A stretch of 64,000 nucleotides of DNA from Pseudomonadales bacterium (GTDB taxonomy: Bacteria; Verrucomicrobiota; Verrucomicrobiia; Limisphaerales; UBA11358): positions 4,136-68,135 of the forward strand of contig DATJXK010000310.1 in assembly GCA_035500235.1 (NCBI GenBank), written 5' to 3'. The first letter of the stretch is position 1, and each line of letters opens with the position of its first letter. Positions 8,300 to 16,318 of this stretch are shown here, piece after piece. The notes beneath the pieces are model-generated. The model had not been told where the DNA came from and ran no database searches. It saw only the letters and a list, made by a program, of their open reading frames with translations. The position numbers were made by a program, and so were the translations under genes.

Positions 8300-9277
8300 A
8301 TGAACGGGTTAAAAATCATTTTCATGGGCACGGCGGAATTGTCCTGTGCCAGCTTAGAAAAACTAGTGGGACAGGCTTCCAGCCTGTCCGGAGACAGGCA
8401 AGATGTCTATCCCACTATCGAAATTGTCGGCGTCGTCACCCAGCCGGACAAACCCCATGGCCGCGAACTGAAACTGCAAGCCCCGCCGGTAAAAGTGCTG
8501 GCGGAGAAATTCAACATTCCGGTGCTGCAACCGCCGAAAGCCCGTGATGAGCATTTCATTTCTCAATTAAAAGAGTTGCAGCCCGACCTTATTGTGGTCG
8601 TTGCCTATGGCCATATTCTGCCGCCGGCGATTTTGGATTTGCCGCGGTTTGGCTGCCTGAATGTCCATACTTCACTGCTCCCGAAGTATCGCGGGGCAGC
8701 GCCCATTCAGTGGGCCATTGCCAACGGCGAAACGGAGACCGGCGTCACCATCATGAAACTGGACGCCGGCATGGATACCGGGCCCATGCTAACCCAAAAG
8801 CGAACTCCGATTTCGGCCCAGGACGATTCAGCGATCCTTTACGACCGGCTCGCTCAGCTCGGCGCGGAACTTTTGCTGGAAACCATTCCGGGTTATGTCA
8901 GCGGGAAGATTCAGCCGACACCGCAACCGGAACCCGCGACGTATGCGCCCAAGATAAAAAAAGAAGACGGACAGATTGACTGGAAACTTCCGGCACAAAC
9001 TATTTTAAACCGTTTGCGCGCTTTCATGCCATGGCCGGGAGCCTTTACTTTTCTAAAGTCCGTGCCGAAACAGAATTTATTAAAAATCTGGAAAGCTGAA
9101 GTGGTTCAAAAGACGGGTAACCCGGAGGAAATCATTTCCGCAGATTCACAGGGGATTACTATCGCCTGCGGCAAAGATGCTTTGAATATCCTGGAATTGC
9201 AGCGTGAAGGCGGTCGCCGCATGAGCGCGGCGGAATTTCTTGCCGGGCATCCATTGAGACCCGGAAATAAACTTTAG
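8300..9277 (+). CDS. fmt: Methionyl-tRNA formyltransferase
   Basis: KIIFMGT, VVGVVTQPDKP, NVHTSLLPKYRGAAPIQWAI, TGVTIMKLDAGMDTGPML, and a C-terminal domain. The ATG at 8300 is preferred to the TTG at 8273. Confidence 0.9.
   Translation: MNGLKIIFMGTAELSCASLEKLVGQASSLSGDRQDVYPTIEIVGVVTQPDKPHGRELKLQAPPVKVLAEKFNIPVLQPPKARDEHFISQLKELQPDLIVVVAYGHILPPAILDLPRFGCLNVHTSLLPKYRGAAPIQWAIANGETETGVTIMKLDAGMDTGPMLTQKRTPISAQDDSAILYDRLAQLGAELLLETIPGYVSGKIQPTPQPEPATYAPKIKKEDGQIDWKLPAQTILNRLRAFMPWPGAFTFLKSVPKQNLLKIWKAEVVQKTGNPEEIISADSQGITIACGKDALNILELQREGGRRMSAAEFLAGHPLRPGNKL
8369..8416. repeat. 48-nt palindromic element lying in frame inside fmt
   Basis: Perfect hairpin ggacaggc-ttcca-gcctgtcc (8369-8389), followed by a degenerate second unit gagacaggcaagatgtctatccc. 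It encodes GQASSLSGDRQDVYPT, where E. coli Fmt has about 5 residues. Confidence 0.7.
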
Positions 9278-9307
9278 AGCTCGTCTAAAAATAAGCTCTT
9301 AGGAGAC

Positions 9308-9982
9308 TTAGGCGAGAACGGGCTGGCTCTTCATGCCGGTGTGCCGGATGTCCTGAGCTTCACAAAGATAAACAACGTCCTCGGCCACGTTCGTGGCATG
9401 GTCGGCAATACGCTCAAGGCTTTTCGAAACCACCATCAAATGAAGGCAGCGGGCGATGGTGTCCGTATGTTCAACCATGTGCTGCGCCAGGAGGTTGTGA
9501 ATGTGCTTGTTCAAGGCATCCACTTCCTTGTCGCGCGGAATCACCGCCCGGGCGGCAGCGGAATCGCGGTTCACGAAGGCGTCCAGGGCGTCCTTCAGCA
9601 TGTCGAGCGCCAGCCGGGCCATGCGCGGCAAATCCAGGACGATTTTGACGGGCGGTTCTTCCGCCAGGTCGCGGGCGCGCTTGGCGATTTTAGTCGCCTC
9701 ATCACCGATGCGTTCCAGGTCCTGCGAAATTTTCATCGCGATGGTCACCAGGCGCAGGTTGCTGGCGAGCGGCGCACGCGTCAGAAGCTGGATCACCAGG
9801 TCGTCAATCTCCACTTCCAGGTAGTCAATGACGCGGTCCTTTTCCTTAACGCGCAAAGCGAGGTCGGTATCGCGCGTCTGGAGCGCCTGGAGCGCTTCAT
9901 TGACGGCGGTTTCCGCATGGCTGGCCATGGTCAGCAATTTCTGCTTCAACATTTCCAGGCTCACTTCGCTGTTATTTTCCAT
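9308..9982 (-). CDS. phoU: Phosphate-transport system regulator PhoU
   Basis: Two PhoU repeats (D.LE.IGDEATKIAKRA and SLERIADHATNVAEDV). It is the last gene of the pst operon. Confidence 0.9.
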   Translation of the reverse strand: MENNSEVSLEMLKQKLLTMASHAETAVNEALQALQTRDTDLALRVKEKDRVIDYLEVEIDDLVIQLLTRAPLASNLRLVTIAMKISQDLERIGDEATKIAKRARDLAEEPPVKIVLDLPRMARLALDMLKDALDAFVNRDSAAARAVIPRDKEVDALNKHIHNLLAQHMVEHTDTIARCLHLMVVSKSLERIADHATNVAEDVVYLCEAQDIRHTGMKSQPVLA

Positions 9983-10062
9983 ATTAAAATTTTATCAATA
10001 CCTATGACCGCATTTAATGTGCCACTGCTTTTAGCAATTGCAAATGCAGGCCAAACTAATTC

Positions 10063-10866
10063 TCAACCGAACCTTCCCGTCACGTAATCCTCCGTCCGTT
10101 TTTGCGAAGGACTCGTGAAAATTTTTGTCGTCGTGCCGAACTCGACCAGTTCGCCGAGATAAAAAAAAGCGGTGAAATCAGACGCCCGCGCGGCCTGCTG
10201 CATATTGTGAGTCACGATGACGATGGTGTAACTCTTTTTCAAATCCAAAATCAAATCCTCAATCTTGGACGTGGCCAGCGGGTCCAGGGCGGAAGCCGGT
10301 TCGTCCATGAGCAGCACTTCAGGCTGCACGGCCAAAGCGCGAGCGATGCAAAGGCGCTGTTGTTGCCCGCCGGACAGGCTGATCGCGGCAGTGTTCAAGC
10401 GGTCTTTTACTTCGTCCCAAAGCGCGGCCATGCGCAACGATTGCTCCGTACGCTCGGCGAGGAGTTTTTTGTCCCGCACACCGTTCAGGCGCAGGCCCAC
10501 GGTGACGTTTTCAGAAATCGTCATGGTGGGAAAAGGATTGGATTTTTGAAACACCATCCCGACGCGGCGGCGGACGACCACCGGCTCGACCGTGCGCGCA
10601 TAAATATCGTCGCCAAACAATTGGATCTCCCCCGTCATGCGCGCATCCGGATTAAGCTCATGCATCCGGTTGAGAGCGCGAAGGAAGGTGGACTTGCCAC
10701 AGCCGCTTGGCCCGATAATGGCCGTGACGGCACGAGGCGCAATGTCCAGGGAAACGCTCTTCAGCACCTGGTTGGTCCCGAAGAAAACGGACAGGTTGCG
10801 GACGGCCAGCGCCGTGGTGATCGGTTTTTGTTCCATCGTTTCGTAATTGATAGTGGCGGAAGTCAT
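10063..10866 (-). CDS. pstB: Phosphate ABC transporter ATP-binding protein PstB
   Basis: Walker [10 protein letters not shown], signature LSGGQQQRL, Walker B LLMDEP. The ATG at 10866 forms an ATGA overlap with the pstA stop. The ORF-track start is 10881. Confidence 0.9.
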   Translation of the reverse strand: MTSATINYETMEQKPITTALAVRNLSVFFGTNQVLKSVSLDIAPRAVTAIIGPSGCGKSTFLRALNRMHELNPDARMTGEIQLFGDDIYARTVEPVVVRRRVGMVFQKSNPFPTMTISENVTVGLRLNGVRDKKLLAERTEQSLRMAALWDEVKDRLNTAAISLSGGQQQRLCIARALAVQPEVLLMDEPASALDPLATSKIEDLILDLKKSYTIVIVTHNMQQAARASDFTAFFYLGELVEFGTTTKIFTSPSQKRTEDYVTGRFG

Positions 10867-11714
10867 ACTTTGCTCTTCCACCGGTCCCGCGTCAAAAATC
10901 GTACACCAATGTTAATGAAAAGGACGAGCAAAAGCAAAACAAGCGCGGCGGCCCACGCCTGGCGGTGCCAGTCGTCGTAGGGCGACATGGCGTAATTGAA
11001 AATTTGCAGTGGCAGCGCGGCAATCGGCTGCTTGAGGTTTTGCGCCCAGGTGTTGTTGCCCAACGCGGTAAAGAGCAACGGGGCAGTTTCCCCGGACACA
11101 CGTGCAATGGCCAGGAGGACGCCGGTAACAATTCCCTTAAGCGCGGTACGCACGACAATTTGCAGGACGGTTTTCCATTTGGAAACCCCCAACGCCAGCG
11201 CGGCCTCGCGATAACCGGCAGGGACCAAATGCAAAACTTCTTCAGTCGTTCGCATCACCAGCGGAATCATCATTAACCCGAGGACGATGCCGCCGGCCAG
11301 GGCCGAAAAACCGTGCATCGGTATCACCACCAAGCCATAAACCACCAGGCCCCAGACAATCGAAGGCACGCCGTTTAAAATGTCCGCGGCAAAACGAAGC
11401 CACCAGTTGAACTTCGGGGTGCCGTATTCAGACAGGAAAACGCCGCCGAGCACACCTACCGGCACTCCAATTATAGCCGCCTGCCCCAGGAGAATGAATG
11501 TGCCAACGATGGCATTGCCCATGCCGCCACCGGTTTCGCCGACCGCTTTGGGCAGTTGAGTGAAAAACTCCCAGTTGATCGAACTGAAGCCCAATTTAAT
11601 GAGGTGATAGAAAATTAAGACCAGCGGCGCGACGACGAGAATAGCACACACACAAGCGCCGACCTGCATCAGCACGTCTTTGATCTGCCTGGCTTTATGG
11701 TTGGCGGCGATCAC
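10863..11714 (-). CDS. pstA: Phosphate ABC transporter permease PstA
   Basis: Multi-TM permease with an EAA-like loop ([15 protein letters not shown]). Its position lies between pstC and pstB. Confidence 0.9.
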   Translation of the reverse strand: MIAANHKARQIKDVLMQVGACVCAILVVAPLVLIFYHLIKLGFSSINWEFFTQLPKAVGETGGGMGNAIVGTFILLGQAAIIGVPVGVLGGVFLSEYGTPKFNWWLRFAADILNGVPSIVWGLVVYGLVVIPMHGFSALAGGIVLGLMMIPLVMRTTEEVLHLVPAGYREAALALGVSKWKTVLQIVVRTALKGIVTGVLLAIARVSGETAPLLFTALGNNTWAQNLKQPIAALPLQIFNYAMSPYDDWHRQAWAAALVLLLLVLFINIGVRFLTRDRWKSKV

Positions 11715-11720
11715 GATAAA

Positions 11721-12683
11721 TTAGTTCTGCGGTTTCATCCTCGGGCCGGCGAAGGTGACTAAAAGCAACCGGGCGAGCGCATTGACCAGCAAAGTGACTC
11801 CCAGCAAGACCAGGCCGACTTCAAAGAGCGCGCCGGAGTACATTGGATCAGTCGCTTCAGTAAATTCGTTGGCAATCACGCTCGCAAGCGTCTGTCCGGC
11901 CGCAAAGACCGACGCCCCAATGTACGGCGCATTGCCGATCAGCATGGTGACCGCCATCGTTTCGCCCAGGGCACGGCCGAGCCCAAGGATGACAGCGCCG
12001 AACAGGCCTCTTTTCGCATAGCTCAAAACAGCGATGCGGGTGACTTCCCAGCGCGTGGCTCCCAGCGCATAGGCCGCTTCACGTTGCAGCCCGGGAACGG
12101 ACCGGAGAATTTCGCGCGAAACCGAAGTGATGATGGGAATAATCATTACGGCCAGAATAATTCCCGCGGACAGGATGCACGGGCCGTGGTCGGGCCCTTG
12201 AAAGAATGGTAAAAAGCCGCCACCACTGCGCAAAAAGGGATAAACATGGTCATGCAGCCATGGCACCATCACGTAAAAACCCCAGAATCCCAAAATGACG
12301 CTAGGAATCGCCGCCAGCAATTCGATAAACATGATGAGCGGCTGGCGCAACCAGAGTGGCGCCAATTCCGTGAGAAAAACCGCCGTGGCAATGCTCAAGG
12401 GAACGGCAATCAAAAGCGCGATAAAGGACGTAACCAGGGTCCCAAAGATATAGGGCAAGGCGCCAAATACATCATTTACCGGGTCCCAACTGCTGCTGAT
12501 GAGGAAGTGGAACCCGAATTTGTGAATGGAAGGCCTGGCCCCATTGAAGAGCTCAAAGCCAATCAGGGCGATGAGCACGAAAACCGAACACGCCATCAGC
12601 AACGTGAGCCACTTGAATGCGTCATCGCCAAAATGAGAAACGCCCGAAGAATTCTTTTTCACGTTATTTCCGGTGACGTTCAC
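11721..12683 (-). CDS. pstC: Phosphate ABC transporter permease PstC
   Basis: Multi-TM permease with an EAA-like loop (QREAAYALGATRWEVT). It follows pstS. Confidence 0.9.
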   Translation of the reverse strand: MNVTGNNVKKNSSGVSHFGDDAFKWLTLLMACSVFVLIALIGFELFNGARPSIHKFGFHFLISSSWDPVNDVFGALPYIFGTLVTSFIALLIAVPLSIATAVFLTELAPLWLRQPLIMFIELLAAIPSVILGFWGFYVMVPWLHDHVYPFLRSGGGFLPFFQGPDHGPCILSAGIILAVMIIPIITSVSREILRSVPGLQREAAYALGATRWEVTRIAVLSYAKRGLFGAVILGLGRALGETMAVTMLIGNAPYIGASVFAAGQTLASVIANEFTEATDPMYSGALFEVGLVLLGVTLLVNALARLLLVTFAGPRMKPQN

Positions 12684-12702
12684 ATTTTCCGCGACAGTAA
12701 GA

Positions 12703-13770
12703 TCAGTAGGTGACCGTATCCAGCAGCTTCAATTCGCGCTGTTGCACTTCGTCCGGAAGCGGCGCGTAGTCCAGGGAGGGCGAGAGTTTCTGGCCGTCCG
12801 TGATGGCCCATTTCAAAAAGGCCGTAAGTTCTTTACCCTTCCCCGTCTTTTGCTGTTGATAGATCAATACCCAGCTTGCGCCGGCAATCGGATAAGATTT
12901 ATCTCCCGAGGCATTGACCATGGAAAAACGGAAATCATCCGGAATTTTTGCCGTCGCGAGCGCCGCGGTGACGGAATCCGGGGCGGGCGAAACAAAATTG
13001 CCGGCGGCGTTCTTCATATTGGCATACGGAATTTTATTTTGATCGGCGTAAGCCAACTCGGCATAACCAATTCCCCCGGAAAGCTGGCGGACCTGTCCGG
13101 CGACCCCGGCGCTGCCTTTGGCGCCGATGCCGATGCCCGCCGGCCATTGCACGGCAGTGCCTTTCTTCACTGAATTGGCCCAGGCATCGTTCACAGTGGT
13201 CAAATAGTCCGTAAAAATGAAGGTGGTTCCGCTGCCATCAGAGCGATGAACGGGGACGATTGGCAAATTGGGCAGGTTCACGCCCGCGTTAAGCGCGGCA
13301 ATTTTGGAATCATTCCAGTTGGTGATGGTCCCCAAATAAATCCCGGCGAGCGTGTCGCCATCCAGCTTGAGCTGGGGATTGTCCGGCAAATTGTAGATGA
13401 TGGCGACACCACCGGCAACGACCGGCACATGCAGGATTTTCCCGGGGGCACCAGCCATGGAGTCATCGGACATGGGCGCGTCCGAAGCGCCGAAGTCGAC
13501 TGTTTGATTGAGCAATTGCTTCTGACCGGCGCCGGAACCGATGGGCTGGTAATTGAATTGCACGTTCGGATTCACTGCTTTGTAGGCTTCAAACCATTTG
13601 GCAAAGGCCGGGTCGTCAAACGTGGAACCGGCGCCATTGATGAGCATTTGCCCCGGCGCGGACGAGGCGGTGGAATTGGTGGATTCAGCCGGAGAGGCGG
13701 ATTGTTTGGAGCAGGAAACGGCGCAAATCGCGATAGTGGCGGCAATAATTGGCAATATAGTTTTCTTCAT
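12703..13770 (-). CDS. pstS: Phosphate-binding lipoprotein PstS
   Basis: INGAGSTF, YQPIGSGAG and RSDGSGTT motifs. The ATG at 13770 gives a lipoprotein signal (MKKTILPIIAATIAICAVSC). The ORF-track N-terminal extension to 13908 looks non-coding. Confidence 0.85.
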   Translation of the reverse strand: MKKTILPIIAATIAICAVSCSKQSASPAESTNSTASSAPGQMLINGAGSTFDDPAFAKWFEAYKAVNPNVQFNYQPIGSGAGQKQLLNQTVDFGASDAPMSDDSMAGAPGKILHVPVVAGGVAIIYNLPDNPQLKLDGDTLAGIYLGTITNWNDSKIAALNAGVNLPNLPIVPVHRSDGSGTTFIFTDYLTTVNDAWANSVKKGTAVQWPAGIGIGAKGSAGVAGQVRQLSGGIGYAELAYADQNKIPYANMKNAAGNFVSPAPDSVTAALATAKIPDDFRFSMVNASGDKSYPIAGASWVLIYQQQKTGKGKELTAFLKWAITDGQKLSPSLDYAPLPDEVQQRELKLLDTVTY

Positions 13771-13879
13771 TTTATTGAAAGAACCAGCTTTTGCCCGGGC
13801 TTGACCTGCAAGCCACGCTTTTCTGTTGGAATCCATTTTAACCCACAGCCGCCGGGCAGGAACACATTGAATCAGCGGG

Positions 13880-13919
13880 ATGACAATTACGCAACGGAAT
13901 TGTGACAATACCGTGACAA
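13880..13919 (-). promoter_or_regulatory. Two tandem Pho boxes (four phased heptamers) upstream of pstS
   Basis: The minus strand reads TTGTCAC-GGTA-TTGTCAC-AATT-CCGTTGC-GTAA-TTGTCAT with an exact 11-bp period. It lies 110-150 nt upstream of the pstS ATG. Confidence 0.6.
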
Positions 13920-14028
13920 AGCCCCGGCTGGTTGTCCCAGCAAAAGGTCTTCACGAAAAAATAATTCGGGCTTGTCATCGCGCCTCGAGGCTCCTAAAGT
14001 GCGGGTATCGGCACGTGACCTTTTTGAC

Positions 14029-14700
14029 ATGATCGAATTGATTCAGTTTCCCTGGAGCCCGTACTGCCTGGTACAGCGGCGGATACTGGAATTTTCTGGC
14101 AAGCCGTTCAAAATAAAAAACATTCCCGCGCAGGACCGCACCCTCGTCTGGAAGCTGACCAAACAGCGCTATTATGGCCTGCCGATCATACGCGACGGCC
14201 AGCGGGTCATCTTCGAGGTGAATGACGATTCCCAGGTGATCGCCAAATACCTGGATGAAGAGCTGGATTTGGAGCTTTTCCCCGCGCGCTGGCGAGGGGT
14301 GCAATCTGTCCTTTGGCGCTTCGTGGAAAATGACGTTGAAGGCTGCACATTTCGCCTGAACGATATTTATTATAAGGAAAACGCCCCGGTAAAAGACCAG
14401 TTGCAATATCTTCGATTCAAGGAACGGAAATTTGGCCGGGGCTGCCTGGAGCAATGGCGCAAGGACCAAAAGGCCTGGGTCAAAAAACTGGAAGATATCC
14501 TGGTGCCGTTTGAAATTATTTTATCGCACCAGCCGTTCCTGCTGGACCAGCGCCCGCGTTTCGTGGATTTCGATTTATTCGGGATGCTGGAAAATTTCCT
14601 TTATTCAGGCCATTACAAATTGCCGGTTCGCCACAAGGAAATCCGAAAGTGGCACGCGACGATGGCCAAAGTAAAAATCAGGGACTTCGATGATGAATGA
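14029..14700 (+). CDS. GST N-terminal / glutaredoxin-2-like thioredoxin-fold protein
   Basis: MIELIQFPWSPYCLVQRRILEFSGKPFKIKNIP...YGLPIIRDG..VIFE..DSQVIAKYLD is a thioredoxin-fold GST_N pattern, followed by a helical C-terminal half. The ATG at 14029 is preferred to the TTG at 13972. Confidence 0.6.
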   Translation: MIELIQFPWSPYCLVQRRILEFSGKPFKIKNIPAQDRTLVWKLTKQRYYGLPIIRDGQRVIFEVNDDSQVIAKYLDEELDLELFPARWRGVQSVLWRFVENDVEGCTFRLNDIYYKENAPVKDQLQYLRFKERKFGRGCLEQWRKDQKAWVKKLEDILVPFEIILSHQPFLLDQRPRFVDFDLFGMLENFLYSGHYKLPVRHKEIRKWHATMAKVKIRDFDDE

Positions 14701-14852
14701 ATGTGACGGATGTGAACCTGTTTGTGAAATTCGTGTCAAATCTTCCGCGCACCTATGTTCAACCGTACTAATCTATGCTTTAATCGACTTCAGCAACCGA
14801 TGACTATTTCCGATATACAACTTGCCGGTATAAATAATTGATCTTTTTTTCC

Positions 14853-16166
14853 GTGAAAAACTACATTCTCGATACGAACGTTCTTCTGCACGACCCCCAC
14901 TCGCTGTTAAACTTCGCTGAAAACAGTGTCCTTATCCCGATCGAAGTGATCGAGGAAATGGACCGTTTTAAACGCGAATCCACTGAACTGGGCCAAAACG
15001 CGCGCTCCGTTTCCCGCATGCTTGATGGATTCCGTGAGGAAGGCCATTTGAGCGAAGGCGTCAAATTGCCCAACGGCGGGCAGCTGAAAATTATTTTCCA
15101 TAAAAATGGCGTGGAGAAAAATGGCCATGCCATACTGGCCAGCGATAGCGTGGATAATCGCATCCTCATGCTGGCCGCCGGTGTCCAAAAAGCCCAGCCG
15201 AACAATCCCACGGTCCTCGTTTCCAAAGACATCAACTTGCGTATCAAGGCCGACGCCCTGGGTTTGCAGGCTGAGGATTACGAAAACGATCACGTCTCCA
15301 TTACCGATCTTTACACCGGCATGATCGAACTGTCCGTGCCCACGGAAAAGATGACCGAGTTCCGCGCCAAAAACGAATTGTACCTGGAAAATGGCAAAAA
15401 ATATTTTCCGAACGAGTATTGCACGCTCACGGATGAATCGAATCCCAAAAAAGCCGCGCTGACCAAAGTGGACGCGACCGGCACCAAGCTGATCCCGATT
15501 AGTGATTGCCGCGACGGCGTATGGGGAATCAAACCCCGGAACCGCGAACAACATTTCGCGCTTGATTCGCTACTGGATGACCGCATCAAGCTCGTGACGC
15601 TCATGGGCAAAGCCGGCACGGGAAAAACCCTGCTCGCCATGGCCGCCGGCCTGAAACGCGTGGTCAATGATCGCGAATTCCGCCGGCTGGTGGTGGCGCG
15701 CCCGACCATTTCCATGGGTAAAGAACTCGGGTTTTTGCCCGGCTCGCTGGAAGAAAAACTCGCGCCGTGGATGCAACCGATTCATGACGCGCTGGAAATG
15801 TTGAGCGACTTGAACATGGGCCACGACCACCGCCGCAGTGGCGACCTGATGCGCAGCGGCAGCATTGTGGTAGAGGCATTGAGCTACATTCGCGGTCGCA
15901 GCATTGCCAATCAATTCATGATTATTGACGAGGCGCAAAACCTCACGCCACTCGAAGCCAAAACGATTATTACGCGTGTCGGCAATGGGACGAAAATTGT
16001 TTTCACTGGCGACCCTTATCAGATTGATAATCCGTACGTGGACTCGTCATCGAACGGTTTCAATTATGTTGTCAGCCGTTTTCGTGACCAGGCCATCGCC
16101 GCGCACATCGAGCTGCAAAAAGGTGAGCGTTCCGAGCTGGCCGAGCTGGCGGCAAATATATTGTAA
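14853..16166 (+). CDS. PhoH2-type protein (N-terminal PIN domain fused to a PhoH-like ATPase)
   Basis: PIN motif YILDTNVLLHDP...IPIEVIEEMD and PhoH Walker A GKAGTGKT, then IIDEAQNLT and TGDPYQIDNPY. The GTG at 14853 is in frame with the ORF-track TTG at 14838. Confidence 0.85.
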   Translation: MKNYILDTNVLLHDPHSLLNFAENSVLIPIEVIEEMDRFKRESTELGQNARSVSRMLDGFREEGHLSEGVKLPNGGQLKIIFHKNGVEKNGHAILASDSVDNRILMLAAGVQKAQPNNPTVLVSKDINLRIKADALGLQAEDYENDHVSITDLYTGMIELSVPTEKMTEFRAKNELYLENGKKYFPNEYCTLTDESNPKKAALTKVDATGTKLIPISDCRDGVWGIKPRNREQHFALDSLLDDRIKLVTLMGKAGTGKTLLAMAAGLKRVVNDREFRRLVVARPTISMGKELGFLPGSLEEKLAPWMQPIHDALEMLSDLNMGHDHRRSGDLMRSGSIVVEALSYIRGRSIANQFMIIDEAQNLTPLEAKTIITRVGNGTKIVFTGDPYQIDNPYVDSSSNGFNYVVSRFRDQAIAAHIELQKGERSELAELAANIL

Positions 16167-16228
16167 GTTTAAGTACCTCAGCGGGATTCATTTTGCCCGT
16201 TTTACGGGCATGGCGAGTTACTTTTTAA

Positions 16229-16257
16229 TTGAATATCCCCTTTATTTGCGTTATAAT
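16229..16257 (+). promoter_or_regulatory. Sigma-70-type promoter TTGAAT-N17-TATAAT
   Basis: TTGAAT (16229-16234), a 17-nt spacer, then TATAAT (16252-16257). It lies about 60 nt upstream of the ATG at 16319, which has an AAAGGAG Shine-Dalgarno sequence. Confidence 0.6.
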
Positions 16258-16318
16258 TGGCGTTATTCCGTTTACCGAACGAAAATCACTACCACTCCAA
16301 AAGGAGACTGCTATCTCT

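Noticed and set aside
10009-10024. Sigma-54-like element on the minus strand (TGGCAC-ATTAA-ATGCG) between pstB and phoU
   Set aside because: The register is correct, but the -12 box is poor (ATGCG). It lies inside an operon only about 26 nt from the phoU ATG. A relaxed match like this is expected a few times per window by chance.
13771-13908. N-terminal 46-aa extension of the pstS ORF in the track, and similar extensions at 16229, 24848, 32044, 33740 and 54885-55127
   Set aside because: In each case an internal ATG gives a proper signal peptide or family-typical N-terminus, often with a Shine-Dalgarno sequence. The extensions have no such features and overlap promoter regions.
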